Source: Candidatus Micrarchaeota archaeon (GTDB lineage: Archaea; Micrarchaeota; Micrarchaeia; Norongarragalinales; Norongarragalinaceae). From it: DNA of 41,114 bases. The notes under the pieces were generated by a model. The model was given only the letters and a program-made list of their open reading frames with translations, had not been told where the DNA came from and ran no database searches. Made by a program: the position numbers and the translations under genes. Position 1 is the stretch's first letter. Each line of letters starts with the position of its first letter. Of this stretch, positions 35,037 to 41,114 are shown in pieces. The stretch lies in NCBI GenBank assembly GCA_018304285.1, contig JAGVWL010000036.1, positions 1-41,114 of the forward strand. Direction: 5' to 3'.

Positions 35037-36758
35037 TCACATTTTTTTCGGCACGGTGATGCCCAAGAGCGAAAGCCCGCTTTCAATCGCGTTTAGAGTC
35101 GCCGCGACGATTGCAAGGCGCTTTTGCCTTTCTGCGCCTTCGCTTTGCACGACCGGGCATTTCTCGTAGAATTCGCTGAACGCAGCCGAAAGCTTGAGCA
35201 AATAGTCGCAAAGCGCGTGCGGCTCGAAGTTTTCCGACACTCGCCTCGCAACGTCCGGATAAAGCGAAAGCATGAAAGAAACTTTCCTTTCCGCGTCGTT
35301 GAATTGCGTGTTTTTTGGAACCGAAGCTTTCGTATTCCCCCCTGCCTTGCGCAAAATGTTTTTCGCCCGAACCGCATTGTACTGCACGTACGCCCCCGTG
35401 TCCCCCTCGAAGCTCACGGCTTTCTCCGGATTGAACGTGATGTTTTTCGCGTTGCTCACGCGCAGGAAGCCGAATTTAATGCTTCCCACGCCTATCGTTT
35501 GCGCTATCCCCTTAATTTCCTTTTTGCCCATCGTTTCCCTGCCGCGGATTTGCGCGCTTGCACTTTCAATGGCGTCGTCAAGCAAATCCTCGAGAAAGAA
35601 GACGTTTCCCTTGCGCGAGGAAAGCTTTCCTCCCTCGAGATAAATCAAGCCGAATCCCACGTGCTTGAAGCGGTTCGTGTAATCGCGGCCCATGAGCTCC
35701 AGCATTTTGTAGACTTGCTTGAAGTGCATCAATTGGTCGCTTCCTGTCACGATTACGGATATTGCGGGGTTGTAAATCCTGAAGCGGCTGTCGGCGAGCG
35801 AAAGGTCGCGGGTTGAATAAAGCGTGGTGCCATTCGAGCGCAGGATTACGAGGTTGGGAATGCCGTACTCCTCCAAAAATGCGACGAGCTCGCCGTCCTT
35901 TTCGATTCGCGCTATGCCTTTCTCCTTCGCTTCCAACGCGAGCTTTTTTCCTTCGTTTACGAAGTCGCTGTCGAAAATCTCTTCTTCAAAACGCACTCCA
36001 AGCTTGGCGTAGTTTTCCTTGAACGGCTTGAGCGTGATTTTCCTGATTGTCTTGAGCTGCTTGAGCGTCGCCGCGTCCCCGTCCTCCATTTTTTCCAGGA
36101 TTGCGTGCACTTGCTTTTCAAGCTTTTCGTCTTTATCGATTTCGGCGTTTATCTTGATATAATAGTCAAGAAGCTGCTTTTCGTCTTTGATTGCGCCAAC
36201 CTTGTATTTCTTGAGGCCGAGCAAAAGCTTTGCGACTTGCGTTCCTGCCTCGCACAAGTAGTTAGACCTTATTACTTTGTAGCCGCGCTTTCGCAGACCC
36301 AGCGCTATCGCGTCGCCCAGTATTGTCGAGCGGATGTGCCCGACGTGCATGGGTTTTCCCATGTTCGGCGAAGAGAATTCGACGACCGCTTTTTTTCCCT
36401 TGCCTTCTTCGCCGCCTCCGAAGTCCTTGTCCAATGCTTCTTCTACAGACTGGGCGTGGTATCCGTCGTTGAGGAAAAAGTTGACGTAGCCGCCAACCGC
36501 CTCAACTTTTTCTGCGTATTGTTTACCACCTAAGCCATAGAACGCGTTTAGGTATTGGGTTATTTTTTCAGCAATTTCGTTAGGGTTTTTCTTTGCCTGC
36601 GAAGCTAGGGGAAAGCACGGGAATGACAAGTCGCCGAACTGCTTCGACACTTCCACTTTTGCGGGGAGGCTTGCTATGCCGTAAAGCTTTTTCACTGCGC
36701 TCGCGAGTTGCTTTTCGCATTCTTCGATGGCTTGGGCGAGCGCGAAACCTTTTTTCAT
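35037..36758 (-). CDS. argS: Arginine--tRNA ligase
   Basis: FGDLS, GYVNF, VEFSSPN..KPMHVGHIRS (HIGH), RSNGT.LY.TRDL, KLSSRKG (KMSKS-like), GDTGAYVQY, LLGI.VP.KM. Confidence 0.96.
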   Translation of the reverse strand: MKKGFALAQAIEECEKQLASAVKKLYGIASLPAKVEVSKQFGDLSFPCFPLASQAKKNPNEIAEKITQYLNAFYGLGGKQYAEKVEAVGGYVNFFLNDGYHAQSVEEALDKDFGGGEEGKGKKAVVEFSSPNMGKPMHVGHIRSTILGDAIALGLRKRGYKVIRSNYLCEAGTQVAKLLLGLKKYKVGAIKDEKQLLDYYIKINAEIDKDEKLEKQVHAILEKMEDGDAATLKQLKTIRKITLKPFKENYAKLGVRFEEEIFDSDFVNEGKKLALEAKEKGIARIEKDGELVAFLEEYGIPNLVILRSNGTTLYSTRDLSLADSRFRIYNPAISVIVTGSDQLMHFKQVYKMLELMGRDYTNRFKHVGFGLIYLEGGKLSSRKGNVFFLEDLLDDAIESASAQIRGRETMGKKEIKGIAQTIGVGSIKFGFLRVSNAKNITFNPEKAVSFEGDTGAYVQYNAVRAKNILRKAGGNTKASVPKNTQFNDAERKVSFMLSLYPDVARRVSENFEPHALCDYLLKLSAAFSEFYEKCPVVQSEGAERQKRLAIVAATLNAIESGLSLLGITVPKKM

Positions 36759-36873
36759 GGTTGAAATTATTCCCTCCCACAACTTAAATTGATAACCCCG
36801 CAGCCTCTCGGAGAAAGTGGGCGGTGAATAGCTTATTTAAAGCAAGGGAAACAAAAGGGTATTCGATATTCGC

Positions 36874-39800
36874 ATGGACGGCAATAAAAGCTCGGGGGAA
36901 GGCAAGACTTTCTTCGAAAGCGTTGAATCGTCTTACTATTCATTCTGCGATTCGCTGCAGGAAAAGGGAATAAAAATCTACGATTGGTTCGTAAACCCCT
37001 TGGAAGACCGCGGCATCCCCTCGTTTCCCGCCTTCGCCATAATCCTGCTGCTTTTGCTTCTTGGAGCGGGTTGGCTTGCTTTCGGCGGGGTTGCGACGCA
37101 AGCACAGGATTCTTACGAGTTGAGCGTGAGCGTTTCCAACGAGAAAGGCGGCGTTGACGGCGCAATGGTGTCGCTGTTCAAAGGCGGCTCTCTTGTTTCC
37201 AAAGAAAAAACCAAGGGTGGAATCGCGTTGTTCGAAAGCCTGGAGCAAGGCGAGTATTCGCTTGAAGTGCAAAAGGAAGGGTTCCAGAACGCCACGCAGA
37301 ACGTCCTGGTGCCGGACCAAAAGTATTTGGAAATAACGTTGAAAAGCGGCGCTTCGCCGCGCGTGCAGCCGAACGGCAAAACCACGCCGGAATCAGTCAC
37401 CTTCGCTAATATCGACTTTCCTTCAAGCGGAAACCTGGTGCTGCACGTTTTCGTCAACGGCCCCAACGGCGAGAGCCTGGACGCAGTGGCCACTATGTAT
37501 GATGCCCGCAACAACGTAAAACTAGGAACGATCCAAGTGAAAAACGGCTGGGCTACGTTCGAGGGCGTGGAAGAGGGAATGAGCGTTTATGCCGACGCGA
37601 GTGCGGAAGGTTTCGCCCCGTATTCCGGCTCGGCAAACGCCATTACGATTTCCAAAGACGGTATTAATTCCATCACAATAACGCTTTCGCGCTTGACCGG
37701 CGATTTTACCGAAACGCCCGTGAAAATAACCGACTTGCAGGACAATCCCCTTTCCGGAGTTTCAGTCCAGGTTTTCCCTGCCGGGTCCGCAACCCCGCTC
37801 ACGCTTTACAATTCCCTTACGGACTCGAAGGGGGTGTTAGTATTGCTTTTGGATTCGAAAAACGGTTCGCGTTACAAGCTTCTTGCCTCGAAAGCGGGCT
37901 TTGACGAGATGGAGAGCGATTTCTTCAAGGCCGGCGATCCTGTTGCACTGCGCTTGCACAAGCCGGGCGAATATACCGATGATGAGAAGGAGCGTTCGAG
38001 CACGGTCAATGCGCTGGTCACGCAAGACGGCGCGGCAGTAAAGAATGCGATTGTGGCGCTTTCGGGCGCCGGGCTCGTGACGCGCACGCGCAATACTGAC
38101 GCGCAAGGCAAGGCCAGCTTTTTCCTGTTCGGAAAGCGCGGGCAGGAAATTCTCGCTTCCGCTTCCAAAGGAAACCGTTTTGCGTCGCAAACGCTTTCGC
38201 TCGGGTCCGCCGAAGTTTCGGTCGAACTCAAGCTTGAAGCGCAGAAGGCAAGCGTTATCGTGAATGCGATTCGCTATTCCAGCCAGGAGCCTCTCGATGC
38301 TTCGTTCGAGGCGAGCGTCAACAACCAGCCTGTTTCATCTTGCGCCACCAACCTTGCGAACACCGAGTGCGAATTGGAAATTCCGATGGGCGTTACCGCG
38401 CAAATAACCGCGTCTGCGCAAGGCTTTGTTTCCGAAACGCACGACCTGGTAATCAACGCGCCGCAGTTGGCGAAAACTTTCTCGCTTGTTTCAGAATCAG
38501 AAGTCCAGTCTTCGCAAATAAAGGACTTTCGCGTTACGCTTGAGGCGAGCAACGAGCCCGTCGAGATAATGTATCCAGGCAAGCGTTATGAAGCGAAATT
38601 CACTTTGCTGGGCAAAACCGAGGCCGCAAGCGATTCTTTCGGATTTTACTTCTCGGTCGACCCTGCAAGGGCGGTAATAAAGAAATTCACTCCCCCTTCC
38701 GCGCCCCCGAAAACATTGGGTTCGCCTTCCTCTGCCTGCTCCCCAACGCAAGTGAATTACGCTAACGCAAACGCCGTGTGGGTGGACGTCACGTATGCCG
38801 GCTCTGCAAATCCTGTGAGCAAGAACGTGCGGATAGTTTTCGAAGTGAAGCCTTTGCGCGAAGGGGTTTTGGAAGAGCAAACGCTTTTGAAATACCGCAG
38901 CTTTCTGGTGCAGCAAGGAAAGTATTACCGCAACCCCTTGAATTCGAACGACGCGCCTGAAACGCGTTTCGAGCCGAAAACGCCTTTGGCGTCGGGATGC
39001 AATTCCCCGACAATCGACCGCGCTTATTCCGTGAATTCCATTGGCGTAACGTGTAGCGGCTTTGCGTGCATTCAAGTCGCGTTCACGCAGCAGGGCGCGC
39101 AAAGCGCGAAAGACAATTTCGTCGCCAACAAGGCCGGCGCCAATCCCGCTCCGGTAATAATGGCTTTCGAAATAACCATGCGCAAGGCGCAGTTGGAAGG
39201 CGAATTGGGAATGTCGTTCAGCGCGCCGGGCGGGTTTCTGGGCTTGCTTTCAGCCAAATATCCCGGAGAGCCGGACGCGCAAGGCACTCCTCCAGAATCC
39301 CCTGAAACGATATCATTCAACGGAACGCAGTCGGAATTTTCGGTTTCCCTGAGCCACTTGCGCTCGTACGCGAATTTCGACGTGGGCTTCGCTTTCGCAG
39401 GGCAAATCGCCCTCTCGCCTTTGGCTAAGACTGCGGAAGCAAGGCTGTTCCTGCAAATCGCTGACGCGCAGTCAGGCGTGAGGCATTACTCTTCTTATTC
39501 GGTTTCTCCCAACGAGTCTATCGGCGGCGGAGGGGGTGGAGTTTCGTTTGAGCATATTTCCCTATTGCCTCCTTCAAACGATTCTTGCGGTTCTGCGCCC
39601 GTAGTGGCTTACGATCCAGCCGAGCGAAACCAAATTTTGGTTAAAGCCAGGGCTGATGTGCAGGCGCAGTGCGGGACAATTGAAATGCGTTCTTCGCCCG
39701 TGTTTCCTGCAGACGCGATAAAAGTAAACGTGAATTCCGAGGAACGGCTTTTGGTCAACATTACCGAAGACGACGGTTCGAGCTGGTGCTTCGAATCGTG

Positions 39801-41114
39801 CCCGCTTGACGGGGAAGGGAAAGTCAACGAGGGAGCGTGCACGCGCGATTTCACCGCTTTCACGCGGACCGGAACGAGCGTTTTGCGCTATAATCCGGAG
39901 AAATACTCGCAATGCACCGCATTCCAAACTTTCGCCAACACCGTGAAGCCCGCGAAAGTAAAATTGCAGTTGGGCAGGGCAGGCAGCGAGTCGGCATCGC
40001 AAATAACAATAGACGTTTCGACGCTCGCCGCGTTCGACGCGCCTTCGCTTTTCATCGGCCCGATTTTCGCGCCCATAGAAGGAGGGGAAAGCACTGCACT
40101 CGCATACCCCCAGTTGTGGGCTGTGACGAATTTGAAGCAAATAGGCTCTCGGAGCATTGAATTGTATTTGGCCGAACCTTCGAACGTGCAGCAGCCCATA
40201 CAACGGCTTCCGCAAGTTTCTTTCGACGCGCCCGGGACAAAGACAATCGCGTTGAACCCCAAGCCGAAAAGCCTTGTGCTAGTAGCAAAGGAAAACGGGG
40301 AATTCGTTTTCGTGCAAGGCGATGCGGCGAAAAGCAAAATCTCCGGTTTGACCGAATACGCGCAGGAATTCACTTCCAAAACCGCTCTTGCCGGTTCTGC
40401 GACCGGCGATTTGCGCAGCTTGCTTTTGTCAAACACTGGTTTCAATCCGGATGTTGTAAAGGGAATTCTCGACAAGGCTGTTGCGAAAGCAAAGCAAAGC
40501 GCGTTCTGGAGGAGCGACGGGTCGGCTTGGTGCAAGCAAACGCCCGCGTGCTTGAACAACAAGTTCAAGCCGTTCGACGAATGCTGCCGTGCCACTCGCG
40601 AGGACTGGCTGAATGCGACCGTTTCCTTCGAGGAAACGACCGAGCAATGCGCGTTCGCGGACGAAACGCCTGCGAAATTCTGCAACAACCTCGGCTTCCC
40701 GCAGGAAAGCGGGAATTGGAATTCACAAACCGAATCCTGCTCTGCCCCCATAGATTTCGGCTCGCAATCCGCGCCGTACTGCACTCAGGCAGGCGAATTC
40801 AACCCTGCCACGCAAGAGTATTGCGACTCGCGTTGCGCGCCTAGGGAAACTGTGGTGGGCTACGATTCCGATGGAGCGCCGATCACGCAAATAACCGCCG
40901 GCGCGGAAATCGCTTACGGCGATTCTTACAGGGAATCGTTTGAAGCGACGGCGAACTCTTGCTCGGCAGCCGCTGCCGCAAACCAAGCTTCAATGTCCGA
41001 CTCTGGCTTCCAGGCGTGCAAGGCAAAAGGCTTTTTGTGCCCCGTTTTCACTAAAATCAAGAGTTCGGTGGACACGCCGTTGTGCGTGCCTTCAAACGCC
41101 GTCGATTCGAGCGG
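36874..41114 (+). CDS. Giant membrane-anchored surface protein (>1410 aa, runs off the window end) with carboxypeptidase-regulatory-like beta repeats and Cys-rich regions
   Basis: Frame appears open to the window end (first ~650 nt read codon by codon; absence from the ORF track fits a missing stop); MDGNKSSGEGKTFFESVESSYYSFCDSLQEKGIKIYDWFVNPLEDRGIPSFP then TM AFAIILLLLLLGAGWLAF; repeated YSLEVQKEGF, ASAEGF, ASKAGF units; Cys-rich distal part. Confidence 0.85.
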   Translation, partial: MDGNKSSGEGKTFFESVESSYYSFCDSLQEKGIKIYDWFVNPLEDRGIPSFPAFAIILLLLLLGAGWLAFGGVATQAQDSYELSVSVSNEKGGVDGAMVSLFKGGSLVSKEKTKGGIALFESLEQGEYSLEVQKEGFQNATQNVLVPDQKYLEITLKSGASPRVQPNGKTTPESVTFANIDFPSSGNLVLHVFVNGPNGESLDAVATMYDARNNVKLGTIQVKNGWATFEGVEEGMSVYADASAEGFAPYSGSANAITISKDGINSITITLSRLTGDFTETPVKITDLQDNPLSGVSVQVFPAGSATPLTLYNSLTDSKGVLVLLLDSKNGSRYKLLASKAGFDEMESDFFKAGDPVALRLHKPGEYTDDEKERSSTVNALVTQDGAAVKNAIVALSGAGLVTRTRNTDAQGKASFFLFGKRGQEILASASKGNRFASQTLSLGSAEVSVELKLEAQKASVIVNAIRYSSQEPLDASFEASVNNQPVSSCATNLANTECELEIPMGVTAQITASAQGFVSETHDLVINAPQLAKTFSLVSESEVQSSQIKDFRVTLEASNEPVEIMYPGKRYEAKFTLLGKTEAASDSFGFYFSVDPARAVIKKFTPPSAPPKTLGSPSSACSPTQVNYANANAVWVDVTYAGSANPVSKNVRIVFEVKPLREGVLEEQTLLKYRSFLVQQGKYYRNPLNSNDAPETRFEPKTPLASGCNSPTIDRAYSVNSIGVTCSGFACIQVAFTQQGAQSAKDNFVANKAGANPAPVIMAFEITMRKAQLEGELGMSFSAPGGFLGLLSAKYPGEPDAQGTPPESPETISFNGTQSEFSVSLSHLRSYANFDVGFAFAGQIALSPLAKTAEARLFLQIADAQSGVRHYSSYSVSPNESIGGGGGGVSFEHISLLPPSNDSCGSAPVVAYDPAERNQILVKARADVQAQCGTIEMRSSPVFPADAIKVNVNSEERLLVNITEDDGSSWCFESCPLDGEGKVNEGACTRDFTAFTRTGTSVLRYNPEKYSQCTAFQTFANTVKPAKVKLQLGRAGSESASQITIDVSTLAAFDAPSLFIGPIFAPIEGGESTALAYPQLWAVTNLKQIGSRSIELYLAEPSNVQQPIQRLPQVSFDAPGTKTIALNPKPKSLVLVAKENGEFVFVQGDAAKSKISGLTEYAQEFTSKTALAGSATGDLRSLLLSNTGFNPDVVKGILDKAVAKAKQSAFWRSDGSAWCKQTPACLNNKFKPFDECCRATREDWLNATVSFEETTEQCAFADETPAKFCNNLGFPQESGNWNSQTESCSAPIDFGSQSAPYCTQAGEFNPATQEYCDSRCAPRETVVGYDSDGAPITQITAGAEIAYGDSYRESFEATANSCSAAAAANQASMSDSGFQACKAKGFLCPVFTKIKSSVDTPLCVPSNAVDSS

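Noticed and set aside
37113..40986. Many short ORFs on both strands in the last 4 kb
   Set aside because: All overlap the single long + frame starting at 36874 and read as shadow ORFs

Overview
Archaeal chromosomal segment. The gene content (archaeal ProRS C-terminus, proteasome beta, aCPSF1/FttA, Alba, Lsm, aIF-5A/2beta/1A, MCM, RIO1, archaeal TpiA, BHB-type tRNA introns) and the large Cys-rich surface proteins suggest a DPANN archaeon, most plausibly Micrarchaeota; this taxonomy is an inference. The window is mostly housekeeping genes plus three tRNAs (Gln-UUG and Ala-GGC with introns, Val-GAC without) and a VapBC toxin-antitoxin pair. No CRISPR array, rRNA or transposase was seen. Points of interest: (1) an AT-rich hairpin element found three times, always at tRNA genes, with one copy forming most of the tRNA-Ala intron; (2) a 545-aa LAGLIDADG intein in the Walker A motif of SMC; (3) several SD-led micro-ORFs missed by the ORF track, including two paralogous zinc-finger micro-proteins, a 31-aa Asp/Glu/Trp peptide, a 54-aa basic peptide and SecG; (4) an mcm gene frameshifted by a ~29-nt deletion; (5) two degenerate enzyme homologues (GPN-like GTPase, CYTH); (6) a paralogous pair of pilin-signal/ThuA-like membrane proteins; (7) a >1400-aa surface protein running off the right end.
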